DNA of 64,000 nucleotides, taken from contig CM059432.1 of the NCBI GenBank assembly GCA_030390025.1, forward strand, positions 46,750,001 to 46,814,000, in the 5' to 3' direction. The notes below the pieces were generated by a model. That model was given only the letters and a program-made list of their open reading frames with translations, was not told the DNA's origin and made no database searches. Numbering within the stretch: position 1 is the stretch's first letter; every line of letters begins with the position of its first letter. Below, one piece after another: positions 1 through 12,208 of the stretch. A program made the translations under genes and the position numbers. The stretch comes from Squalus acanthias (Eukaryota).

Positions 1-692
1 ATTCGGCAATGGTAATACCATTGAATGTCAAGGGGAGGTGGTTAGACTCTTGCTTGTTGGAGATAGTCATTGCCTGGCACTTGTGTGGCGCGAATGTTAC
101 CTGCCACTTATCAGTCCAAGCCTGAACGTCGTCCAGCTCTTGTTGCATGCGGGCATGGACTGCTTCATTATCTGAGGAGTTGTGAGTGGCGTTGAACACT
201 GTACAGTCATCAGCGAACAACCCCATTTCTGACCTTATGTTGGAAGGAAGGTCATTGATGAAGCAGCTGAAGATGGTTGGGCCTAGGACACTGCCCTGAG
301 GAACTCCTGCCGCGATGTCCTGGGGCTGTGATGATTGACCTTCAACCACCACAACCATCTTCCTTTGTGCTAGGTATGACTCCAGCCAGTGGAGCGTTTT
401 CCCCCCGATTCCCATTGACTTCAGTTTTACTAGGGCTCCTTGATGCCACACTCGGTCAAAAGCTGCCTTGATGTCAAGGGCAGTCACTCTCACCTCACCT
501 CTGGAATTCAGCTCCCTTGTCCATGTTTGGACCAAGGCTGTAATGTGGTCGGGAGCCTAGTGGTCTTGGCGGAACCCAAACTGGGCATCAGTGAGCAGGT
601 TATTTGTGAGTAAGTGCCACTTGATAGCACTGTCGATGACACCTTCCATCACTTTGCTGATGATTGAGAGTAGACTGATGGGGCGGTAATTG

Positions 693-2973
693 AGGTGCCT
701 GCTGTACATGGTCCACGTCTCTGAGGCATACTGCAGGGTGGGTATCAATGCTGCTCTGTAGACCATGAGCTTAGTGCCGGGTTTGAGGTCCTGGTCTTCA
801 AACACTCTCTTCCTCAGGCGACCGAAAGCTGCACTGGCACACTGAAGGCGGTGTTGGACTTTGTCATCAACGTCTGTCCTTGTTGGCAGTAGGCTCCTGA
901 GGTATGGTTAGTGGTCCACGTTGTCCAAGGCCTTGTTGTGGATTTTGATAATCAGAGGGCAGTACTGTGTGGTGGGGGCAGGTTGGTAGAGGACTTTTGT
1001 CTTACGGATGTTAATGTAAGGCCCATGCTCTCGTATGCTTCGGTGAAGGTGTTGACGATGGTTTGGAGTTCGACCTCCAAGTGAGTGCAGCAAGCATTGT
1101 CTGCATACTGTAAATCGACAACAGAAGATGGGATGACCTTGGATCTGGGCTTGAGGCGACAGTTTCCCGTTTGTTCTGTAAATTAGCTCCACTCCAGCGG
1201 GGAGCTTATTGAGGGTGAGATGGAGCATTGCAGCAAGGAAGATCGAGAAGAGCATTGGTGCGACGACACAGCCTTGCTTGACCCCGGTCCGTACGTGAAT
1301 TGGATCTGTGGTGGAACCATTGGTCAGGATCACGGCTTGCATGTCGTCGTGAAGCAGGCGGAGGATGGTGACAAACTTTTGAGGGCAGCCGAATTTGAGG
1401 AGGACACTCCATAATCCCTCACAGTTGACAGTGTCGAAGGCCATTGTGAGATCAAAGAAGGCCATGTACAACGGTTGGTGCTGTTCCCTGCATTTCTCTT
1501 GTAATTGACGTGCGGTGAAGATCATGTCTATTGTGCCCCTTAGTGGGCGGAATCCGCATTGCGACTCTGGGAGGAGCTCTTCGGCCACTGGGAGAAGGCG
1601 GTTGAGGAGGATTCTTGCAATGACTTTCCCTGTGGCAGACAGCAGGGAAACTCCTCTGTAATTACCGCAATTGGACTTGTCACCTTTCTTGAAGATGGTC
1701 ACAATTACGGCGTCTCTGAGATCCCCTGGCATGCTGTCCTCCTTCCAGATAAGAGAAATTAGTTCATGAATTCGCACCAGTAGTGCTTCTCCTCCATGCT
1801 TTTCTGCCTCGGCAGGGATTCCATCTGCTCCTGAGGCCTTGTTGTTCTTCAGTTGTCGGATGGCCTTTTCAACCTCATGCCGGGCTGGGGTTGTACTGAG
1901 ATGGTGGCGGGTAACAAGCTGCGGGATGGAGTTGAGGACACTCGCGTCGAAGATTGTCTCAGTTAAGGAGATCTTAGAAGTGCTCCTTCCAGCGGGCACT
2001 GACTGCCTCTCGGTCCTTGATGAGTACCTCTCCGTTCTTGGCCCGCAGTGGGGTAGGACCTTGGGTGCTTGGGCCGTAGATGGTCTTGACTGCGCTAAAG
2101 AATCCACGCACATCGTGGTTGTTGGCAAGCTGCTGGATCTCCTGCGCTTTCTCCGCCCACCATCTGTTCTTTAGATTGTGAGTTTTTTGTTGGACCTCGG
2201 CCTTCAGGCGTCTGTAGAGCTGCTTTCTTGCTCTCGAGTTGTGTTGCTGTTTCCAGATCAGGAATGCCTTGCGCTTGCGGCTTATTAGCTCCTGGATCTC
2301 CTGGTCGTACTCGTCGAACCAGTCTTGGTGTTTCCAGGTTGAGTGACCAAGCATCTCTTCGCAGATGCTGATTATGTACAGCAGGCACCTCAAAGCACTG
2401 GAGAGGTACCACCAACGCTGCCTCCGCAAGATCCTGCAAATCCATTGGCAGGATAGGCGCACCAACGTCAGTGTTCTTGCTCAGGCCAATATCCCCAGCA
2501 TTGAAGGTTTGACCACGCTCGATCAGCTCCAATGGACGGGTCACATCGTCCGCATGCCCAGTACGAGACTCCCAAAACAAGCGCTCTACTCGGAGTTCCG
2601 ACACGGCAAGAGAACCCCAGGTGGGCAGAGGAAACGCTTCAAGGACACCCTCAAAGCCTCCTTGAAAAAGTGCAACATCCCCACTGACACCTGGGAATCC
2701 CTGGCCCAAGACTGCACAAAGTGGAGGAGAAGCATCCGGAAGGCGCTGAACACCTCGAGTCTCTTTGCCGGGAGCAAGCGGAAGCCACGCGCAAGCAGCG
2801 CAAGGAGCGCACGTCAACCCAAGCACCCCACCCACCCACCCCTTCAACCACCATCTGCCCCATCTGTGACAGAGACTGTAGGTCCCGCATTGGACTCATC
2901 AGTCACCTGAGAACTCATTTTTAATGTGGAAGCAAGTCATCCTCGGTTCCGAGGGACTGCCTAAGAAGAAGAA
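693..2973. mobile_element. RTE-clade LINE with inverted 5' segment
   Basis: RT on minus 693-2370 (PESQCGFR, GVKQGC). C-terminus with CCHH finger (CPICDRDCRSRIGLISHLRTH) on plus 2374-2973, ending TAAGAAGAAGAAG. Decayed 13-bp TSD at 680-692 / 2974-2986. Confidence 0.88.
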
Positions 2974-3329
2974 GGGGTCGCAATTGGCCGGGTTGGATTT
3001 GTCCTGCTTTTTGTGGACAGGACATACCTGGGCAGTTTTCCACATTGTCGAATAGATGTCAGTGTTATAACTGTACTGGAACAGCTTGGCTAGAGGCGCG
3101 GCTAGTTCTGGAGCACAAGTCTTCAGCACGATAGCCGGGATGTTGTCGGGGACCATAGCCTTTGCTGTATCCAGTGCGCTCAGCCGTTTCTTGATTTCAC
3201 GTGGAGTGAATCAAATTGGTTGAAGACTGGCATCTGTGGTGGTGGGAACCTCAGGAGGAGGACGATATGGATCATCCACTCGGCACTTCTGGCTGAAGAT
3301 GGTTGCAAACACTTCAGCTTTGTCTTTTA

Positions 3330-3772
3330 CAGAATGAAAGACAGCTGCCATGTGGGAGAGAAGAAAATAAGACACAGACAAAAAGTGTGGATAAAAAATA
3401 TATATATGATAGGGGCCGAGGTTATGATCTGAAATTGGCACATGGCAGCTGCCTTTCATTCTGCCAGTGCAATTTACACTTCATCTAGACCCATCCTTTG
3501 TTTCTTAACCTGTCCCATTACCATCTCCTTTTGCCTTGAATATCTCTTATTGTCTCTTAACCTCTCCTGCCTTCTATCCTATCACAGACCTTCCCTTTTG
3601 TTCTTTCATCCCCTCCCCCCTTTCCCAGCCCCTACACTTGCTTAAAAATCTGTTCCATTTCCTGCTTTTTTCCAGTTCTGACGAAAGGTCATCGACCTGA
3701 AACGTTAACTCTGTTTCTCTCTTCACAGATGCTGCCTGACCTGCTGAGTATCTCCAGCATTTTCTGTTTTTA
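3330..3772 (+). mobile_element. Penelope-like element 3'/pLTR fragment (family 1)
   Basis: Same sequence family as the non-coding part of the GIY-YIG-bearing copy at 21132-21814; contains a hammerhead motif. Confidence 0.7.
3674..3710 (+). ncRNA. Minimal type I hammerhead ribozyme motif
   Basis: AGTT-CTGACGA-A-AGGTC(atc)GACCT-GAAA-CGT-T-AACT: intact core, 5-bp stem II, palindromic ACGT stem III, 4-bp stem I. Confidence 0.75.
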
Positions 3773-4879
3773 TTGTTACCAATACTGTCATGGACAGGTG
3801 CATCTGCGACAGGTAGATTGGTGAGGACGAGGTCAAGTAGGTTTTTCCCTCATGTTGTTTCTCTGTCGCAGGCCCAGACTGGCAGTTATGTCCTTCAGGA
3901 CTTGGTCAGCTCGGTCAGTAGCGGTGGTACCGAGCCACTCTTGGTGATGGACATTGAAGTCTCCCACCCAGAGTACATTCTGTGCCCTTGCTACCCTCAG
4001 TGCTTCTTCCAAGTGGTGTTCAACATGGAGGAGTACTGATTCATCAGCTGAGGGAGGGTGGTAAGTGGTAATCAGCAGGAGGTTTCCTTGCCCATGCTTG
4101 ACTTGAAGCCATGAGACTTCATGGGGTCTGGAGTCAATGTTGAGGACTCCCAGGGCCACTCCTTCCCGACTGTATACCACTGTGCCGCCACCCCTCGTGG
4201 GTCTGTCCTGCCGGTGGGACAGGACATACCCAGGGATGGTGATGGAGGAGTTTGGGACATTGGCTGAAAGGTATGATTCTGTGAGTATGACTATGTCAGG
4301 CTGTTGCTTGACTAGTCTGTGGGACAGCTCTCCCAATTTTGGTACAGCTCTCCCAATTTTGGTACAAGTCCCCAGATATTGGTGACGAGGACTTTGCAGG
4401 GTCAACTGTACTGGATGTGCCGTTGCCATGCACGTAGTCAGTGCCGAGGTCGATGCCTGGTGGTCCGTCCGGTTTCATTCTTTTTATTGTTTTTCATAGC
4501 GGTTTGTTACAACTGAGTGGCTTGCTAGGCCATTTCAGAGGGCAGTTAAGAGTCAACCACATTGCTTGCTGCATTTCCCAGCATGCAACCTGTGCATCAA
4601 CGGGGCTAAGGGATGGAAGGGTGTGCCCCTCATCCTGTGACTCCTTAAGAGTTTCTTTGCTTTTTCAAATCAGTGGAAATGAAAATTGGGCGGGTTCTAT
4701 ACTGGACAGGTGATCTGTTCTGCCAGTTTACCGCCTATGCAGTAAAGATGAAAATCTACCCTTTTGAAAAAAATTGGACATTGGATCCTCAAATTTTATT
4801 TCTGTCAAGTGAATTACATTTATACAAATGTATTAGCAATTGTGCTTTTCTACTCTGAACTCCCCATAAACAAACAATG

Positions 4880-7800
4880 ACTGTGAGCGGTAACAACTGT
4901 GAACAACACAAGCTTGAGCTCAGAGATTCTGAGCTTGAGGGGCAGCTGATGTCACTACAGTGCAAATGGGAAGCTGAGAGTTTCATGGATAGCATGTTTC
5001 AGGTGGTGATCACCCCACAACTACAGAGAGTTCAGGAGTAGAGGGAGTGGATGATCACCAGGTACACTAAGAGGAACAGACAGGCAGAGCAGGTATCCAC
5101 TGGGAGTATAGCACTCACAAACCGATGTTCGGTGTTGAATACCAGTGAGAGTGATGACACCTCGGGGGAGTGCAGTCAAAAGCAAATCCACTGCACCATG
5201 GGAGACTCAACTGCACAGGTGGGTCACAAGAAAGTGTAGAAATGCAGTTGTTATATGGAATTCGATAGTATAGGAATAGTTGTTTCTGCAACCGCAGATG
5301 CGAGTCACAAATGGTGTGTTGCCTCCCTGGGTAAAGGATATCTCTGAAAGGGTGCAGGAAATTCTGCGAAAGATAGGGGAACAGCCAGAAGTTGTGGTCC
5401 ATGTTGGAACCAATGAAATAGGTAGAAAGGGTTGAGGTCCTACAGACAGAGTTTCAGGAACTAGGAAAAATATTAAAGAATAGGACTACTCCCAGTGCCA
5501 TGTGCTAGTGAGTACAGAAACAGAAAGATAGTGCAGGTGATATGGCTGGAGAAGTGGTGCAGGAGGAACGACTTCAGATTTCTGGGGCATTGGGACCGGT
5601 ACAAGTTGGACGGGTTGCACCTGAACAGGGCTGGGACCAATGTCATCACGGGGAAGTTAACTGGTACTGTGGGGGAGAGTTTAAACTAATTTATTTGGGA
5701 TGGGGCACCAGGATGCAGCAGCAGAGAGGGCTTGACAGGGTAGATGCAGGGAGGATGTTTCCCCTGGCTGGGGAGTCTAGAACCAGGGGTCACAGTCTCA
5801 GAATAAGGGGTTGGCCATTTAGGACTGAGATGAGGAGAAATTTCTTCACTCAGACGGTGGTGAATCTTTGGAATTCTCTACCCCAGAGGGCTGTGGAGGC
5901 TCAGTCGTTGAGTATATTCAAGACAGAGATCTATAGATTTTTGAATATTAAGGGAATCAAGGGATATGGGGATAGTGCAGGAAAGTGGAGATGAGGTAGA
6001 AGATCAGCCATGATCTTATTGAATGTCGGAGCAGGCTCAAAGGGCCAAATGGCCTACTCCTGCTCCTATTTCTTATGTTCTAGGAGAGACAAGGTGCATA
6101 GAAAACTAAGAGGGACAAACAGCAACAGAACAAAGAATACTGTAGAAAGAGCAGGAATTAGATGAAGGGTAAAGCAAAGCCAACTGGCATGGTGTTGGAA
6201 TGCATGTGTGTTAATGTGAGGAGTGTTACAAATAAGGTTGATGAGTTACAGGCACAAGTTGCTACATTGGTTTATATATAGTGGCTATAACGGAGACCTG
6301 GCTTAAACATGAGCAGGAATGGGAACTCCTCCAGCCCCACAACCCTATGAGATATCAGCGCTCCTCTAATTCTGGCCTCTTGAGCATCCCCGATTTTAAT
6401 CGCTCCACCATTGGTGGCCGTGCCTTCAGCTGTCAAGGACCTAAGCCTGGAATTCCCTCCCTAAACCTCTCCGCCTCTCTACATCTCTTTCCTTCTTTAA
6501 GACGCTCCTTAAAACTTACCACTTTCACCAAGCTTTTGGTCATTGCCCTAATATCTCCTTATGTGATTCAGTGTCAAATAACGCTCCTGTGAAGCGCCTT
6601 GGGACATTTTACTACGTTAAAGGCTCTATATAAATACAAGTTGTTGTAAACATTCCTGCCTACAATGTATTCAGGAGGGAAAGGGAAGGAAAAAAGACAG
6701 GAAGGGGTGGAAGTATGATCAAGGATAAAATTGCAGTTCTACAGAGGCACGATATACTGGAGGGTTCAAAGACTGAATCTATTTGGTTAGAGTTAAGGAA
6801 CAAGGAAGGAGCTGTTACATTGCTGTGTATTTACTATAGACCCACAAATAGTGAGAAGGAGATTGAGAAGCAAATCTGTAGGCAAATTTTAGAGAAATAT
6901 AAAAATAATAGAGCAGAAATAGTAGGGGACTTCAATTACCCTAACATAGACTGGGAGGAAAACAGAGTAAAGGGCAAGGAGGGTGGGGAATTCCTAAAAT
7001 GTGTACAGGAGAACTTTCTTAATCAGAATGTTCCAAGCCCAACGAGGAAGGAAGCAGAAATAAAAACAGAAAATGCTGGAAATACTCAGCAAGTAAGGCA
7101 GCATCTGTGGAGAGAGAAACAGAGTTAATGTTTCAGGTCAATGATCTTTCAGCAGAACTGGAAAATGTTACAGATGTAACAGGTTTGAAGCAAGTACAGA
7201 GGCAGGGAAAGAGGGGATGAGAGGAAAGAATAAAAGGGAAGGTCTGTAATAGGGTGGAAGGCAGGAGAGATTGAATGACAAAAGGGTGCAAGGCAAAAGA
7301 AGGAAGGAAGCAGTGCTGGATCTAGTTCTGGGGAATGAAGTAGGGCAAGTGAGAGAACATCTGGGTAATAGTGATCACAATATAATAAGCTTTAAAGTAG
7401 TTATGGAAAAGGACAAAGAAAAATCAATGGTGAAAATACCCAACTGGAATAGAGCCAATTTCAGTGTTTTGAAAAGAGATCTAGCACAGGTGGACTGGAA
7501 ACAAAGATTGGCCATGAAACCAGTAAATGAGCAATGGCAGGCCTTCAAGGCAAAAATACTGCGGGTCCAAACCAAGCAAATTCCCATAAGGAGGAAAGCT
7601 GGGACATCCAAAGCTAGAGCTCCCTGGATGACAAAGAAATAGAAATTAAAATAAAACAGAAAAAGGTTTATGACAAATATCAGGTACAAATACAGTCAAG
7701 AACCAGGCAAAGTACAGAGATTGCAGGGGGAAATTAAAAAAGGATATAAAAAGGGCAAAGAGAGAGTATAAAAGGGAACCCATTAATCTTTATAAACATA

Positions 7801-8385
7801 TAAAAAGTAAAAGGATAGTTAAAGGATTGGTGGGGCCAATTAAGGACAAAAAAGGAAATCTTCTTGAGGAGGCAGAGGGCATGACTGAGGTACTGAATGA
7901 GTACTTTGCATCTGCCTTCACAAAAGAAGAGGATTAAGTTAATGTTGCAATAGAGGAGGAGGAGTAGAGATATTGGATAGGATAAAAACAGATAGAAAGG
8001 AGGTGCTAAATAGGTTGGCATCGCTCAAAGTTAACAAGTCACCTGGTCGAGATGGGATGCAAATAAAGTTGCTGAGGGAAGCTAGGGAAATAGCAGAAGC
8101 TCTGACCACAATCTTTCAATCCTCCTTGGATAAGGGAGTGGTTCCAGAGGGCTTTAAATGTTACAACCCTGTTCAAAAAGGGGAGATGGTAACTACAGGC
8201 CAATCAGTCTAACATCAGTGGTGGGAAAACTACTAGAGACCATTGTCAAGGACAAACTTCATTTCCACTTGGAGAAGCATGCCCCATCAATAAGGAACAG
8301 TCAACATGGATTTGTTAAAGGCAAATCGTCTGACTAACCTGATTGAGTTCTGTGATGAAGTAACAGAGAGGGTTGATGAAGGTAA
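4880..8385 (+). mobile_element. Degraded CR1 LINE (ORF1 esterase remnant, EN, RT) with nested inserts
   Basis: DGLHLN (ORF1), AITETWL, GDFNYP, LDLVL, SDHN, KSPGRDG motifs with many frameshifts. Nested CR1 3' piece ~5725-6080 and L2-like 3' piece ~6326-6647. Confidence 0.85.
7058..7300 (-). mobile_element. Penelope-like 3' fragment (family 1), decayed hammerhead
   Basis: 13-bp TSD AGGAAGGAAGCAG (7045-7057 / 7301-7313); core decayed to CTGCTGA...GAAACATT. Confidence 0.7.
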
Positions 8386-8387
8386 TT

Positions 8388-9663
8388 ACATAGAATTACA
8401 TAGAATATTCAGCACAGGAACAGGCCATTCAGCCCAACCTGTCCATGCCGGCGTATATGTTCCACTCAAGCCTCCTCCCATCCTCCCTCATCTAACCCTA
8501 TCAGCATAGCCCTCTATTCCCTTCTCCCTCATATGTTAATCTAGCTTCCCCTTAAATGCATCTATACTATTCGCCTCAACTACTCCTTGTGGTAGTGAGT
8601 TCCACATTCTCACCATTCTCTGGGTAAAGACGTTTCTTCTGAATTCCCTATTTGATTTCTTGTGACTATGTTATACTGATGGTCTTTAGTTTTGCTCTTC
8701 CCCACAAGTAGAAACATTCTCTCTGTGTCTATTCTATCAAAACCTTTCATCATTTTAAAGACATCTATTTCATCCCTCAGCCTTTTTTCAAGAGAAAAGA
8801 GACCCAGGCTGCTCATCCTTTCCTCATAGGTATAACCTCACAGTTCTGGTATCATCATTGTAAATCTTTTTTGCACCCTCACCAGCGCCTCTATATTCTT
8901 TTTATAATATGGCAACCAGAACTGTACACAGTACCCCAAGTGTGGTCTAACCAAGGTTTGATACAAAGTTTAGCATAACTTCTCTACATTTCAATTCGAT
9001 CCCTCTAGAAATAAGCCCTAGTGTTTGGTTGCTTTGATTATGCCCTTATTGACCTGAGTTGCTACTTTTAGTGATTTGTGTATTTGTATTCCCAGATTCC
9101 TTTGCTTCTCCACCTCATTTAGATTCTTATTTTCCAAGTAATATGTGACCTCCTTATATTTCTTACTAAAATGTAATACCTCACAGTTATCTGTGTTGAA
9201 ATTCATTTGCCCATTTTGCAAGTTTATTAATATCTTGTAATTTGTTGCAGTCCTCCTCAGTGTTGCCTATTCCTCCGAATTAGGTGTCATTCGCAAATTT
9301 CGAAATTGTGTTTTTGATTCCAAAATCTAAATCGTTAATTTAAATTGTGAACAACAGTGGTCCCAGCACTGATCCTTGTGGGACCCCACTTCCCACCTTC
9401 TGCCACTCTGAATAGTTACCCTTTACCCACTACTCTCTGCTTTCTGTCTTGCAGCCAGCTAGCTATCCATTCTGCTACTTGTCCCCTGACTCTGCATGCT
9501 CTGACATGATTCATTAGTCTATTATGTGGTACCTTATCGAAGTCCTTTTGGAAATCTAGATATATTATAACTACTACATTACCCTTGTCTACTCTCTTTG
9601 TAACCTCTTCAAAAAATTCAATGAGGTTGTTAAAGCAAGACTTTCCCTTTTGAAATCCATGTT
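8388..9663 (-). mobile_element. CR1 LINE 3' portion
   Basis: LGLFSLEKR C-terminal ORF2 motifs and tandem tail (ATTCTATGTA-like) near 8390-8405. Boundaries approximate. Confidence 0.8.
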
Positions 9664-9703
9664 AACATAAGAAATAGGAGCAGGAGTAGGCCATTCGGCC
9701 CCT

Positions 9704-10229
9704 CGATATACTTGCCATAGAGGGAGGGCAGCGAAGGTTCACCAGACTGATTCCTGGGATGGCAGGACTGTTGTATGAGGAGTGATTGGGTCGACTAGGC
9801 CTGTATTCACTAGAGTTTAGAAGAATGAGAGGGGATCTCATTGAAACGTATAAAATTCTGACAGGGCTAGACAGACTGGATGCAGGGAGGATGTTTCCCC
9901 TGGCTGGGGGGTCTAGAACGAGGGGTCACAGTCTCAGGATACGGGGTAGGACATTTAGGACTGAGATGAGGAGAAATTTCTTCACTCAGAGGGTGGTGAA
10001 CCTGTGGAATTCTCTACCACAGAAGGCAGTGGAGGCCAAGTCACTGAATACATTTAAGAAGGAGATAGATAGATTTCTAGACACAAAAGGCATCAAGAGG
10101 TATGGGGAGAGAGCGGGAATATGGTATTGAGATAGAGGATCAGCCATAATCATATTGAATGGCGGAGCAGGCTCGAAGGGCCGAATGGCCTACTCCTGCT
10201 CCTATTTTTCTATGTTTCTATGTTTCTAT
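9704..10229 (+). mobile_element. CR1 3' fragment inserted in the minus-strand CR1
   Basis: ORF 9786-10130 is the ORF2 C-terminus; tail (TTCTATGT)n at ~10208-10229. Confidence 0.85.
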
Positions 10230-10558
10230 GAGCCTGCTCCGCCATTCAATAAGATCATGGTTAATCTGATCTTGGCCTCAACGCCACTTTCTCGCCCGCT
10301 CCCCATAACCCTCGACTCCCCTGTAGCTCAAATATATGTCTATCTCCGCCTTGAATATATTCAATGACTCCGCCTCCACAGTTCTCTGGGGTAGAGAATT
10401 CCAAAGATTCACGATCCTCTGAGAGAAGAAATTCCTCCTCATCTCCATTTTAAACGGGAGACCCTTTATCCTGAAAATGTGCCCCCTAGTTCTAGATTCC
10501 CCCACAAGGGGAAACATACTCCCTGCATCTACCCTGTCAAGCTCCCTCAGAATCTTAT

Positions 10559-11425
10559 GGGGGAAAAATTCAGTATCGCCCCATTTGGGGCGCAATTATC
10601 GGCCGGGAGCAAAGATTAGTGCCTGCCGCTAATTATCGCCTTCGACTGCAAACTTGACTTTTATCGCCCCTGGAGGTGATTGGAGCGCTAAATCAGGCGC
10701 TACACATCTGTCTTAAGGCGTAAAGGCCGAGGAGCGAGGCGCTAACTCAGAGCACTGGCGAAGCTCATGTGATGTCAGTCAGCAATGGAACACAGACACA
10801 ATGGCCCCGGCCAGTTCTTAAAGGGGAGGGTTGATCTTGCTTTCCATCCACATCCTGCTCATTGCAGCCTTGAATCTCGGCCTGGAGAGACCTGTACATC
10901 AAATCTGCTGGAAAGAACAATGGAGAGGTCCAGGGAAAGAGCTCAGAGTGCAGCCCCCACAGTCTCTTCTAAATCGATACAAGGGCAAATCAAAATCAAC
11001 CTGCAAAGTGCTGCTCAGTACCCAAAACTCCTTCACACAGCGTTGAATCTCTCCAGAAGTCTCTCTCTCTCTCTCTCTCTCAGAAATGTCGCCAACAAAA
11101 AAGGCAGGAAGCGGTCACCTTTAAATAGCGCTCCCCCAGTCCCTTCCTGACTGCAAAACGCTCCCCTCAACCTGTCGTTGCTAGCGGCAGGCGGTAAGGC
11201 AGGGGGCGCCACTCAATATCCGCTCCGGGGCGCTGCGCACTCGACTGACGTCACGATCTGCCGGCACAGGAGATCGTGGCGGTACTGTTTAGCACCGCCG
11301 CAAAATGTCTAGTTAATTTTGCAAGCAGCGCAAACATCGCCGCGCCCGGGCGCTAGTTGCTTTGCGCGCCATTAGCGTCCTCTTAAGGCGCTAATGGGAG
11401 GCGCAACCAACTGAATTTTCCCCCC
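10559..11425 (+). mobile_element. Non-autonomous Harbinger (internal-deletion relative of 56224-60369)
   Basis: TIR GGGGGAAAAATTCAG / CTGAATTTTCCCCCC, TSD TAT. Both subterminal regions and the Myb start (ATGGAGAGG) match the intact element; removing it restores the CR1 sequence aatct-TAT-atgtttc. Confidence 0.9.
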
Positions 11426-12208
11426 TATATGTTTCAATAAGATCACCTCTCATTCTTCTAAACTCCAATAAGTATAGGCCCAACCTGCTCAACTTTTCTT
11501 CATAAGACAACCCCCTTCATCTCAGGAATTAACCTAGTGAACCTTCTCTGAACTGCCTCCAATGCAAGTATATCCCTCCTTAAATAAGGAGACCAAAACT
11601 GCACGCAGTACTCCAGGTGTGGTCTCACCAGTGCCCTGTACAGTTGTAGCAAGACTTCCCTACTTTTATACTCCATCCCCCTTGCAATAAAGGCCAACAT
11701 TCCATTGCCTTCCTAATTACTTGCTCTACCTGCATGCTAACATTTTGTGCTTCATGTATGAGGACCCCCAGATCCCTCTGTACCGAAGCATTATGTAGTC
11801 TCTCTCCATTTAAATAATAATTTGTTTTTTTATTTTACCTACCAAAGTGGATAACCTCACATTTTCCCACATTATACTCCATCTGCCAAATTTTTGCCCA
11901 CTCACTTAACCTATCTATATCCCTTTGCAGACTCTTTGGCCACGATTTTCCAAGTGGAGGCGGGTTGGAATCGGCTTTGATGTTCAGCGGGTTCCGTTCC
12001 CACTGCCGGTTTCAGCTGCCCTGAGATTACGATTTTTGCTTAAGTGGGCTGATTAAGCCCGTCGTGTGTGCTACCCGGCCCAATCAGTGGGTTCGGGTCT
12101 GCTGCTCGCCTCTGCTGACGTCTTTCAGCCAGCTGTATTTAAGGGGCCCATGCAGCCTTGTTTTTGATCAATCCTATTCTGCTGCTTCTCGGTGTGGCAC
12201 TTCTGAAA

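Larger units (their letters stand above)
1..4565 (-). mobile_element. Degraded CR1/L2-group non-LTR retrotransposon (APE endonuclease + RT), interrupted by RTE and Penelope-like insertions
   Basis: EN ORF 3833-4429 (PDIVILTES, VGDFNVHH); RT fragments 2975-3325 (PDNIPAIVLKTCAPELA) and 1-690 (NYRPISLLS, QFGFR). Runs off the window start. Confidence 0.85.
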
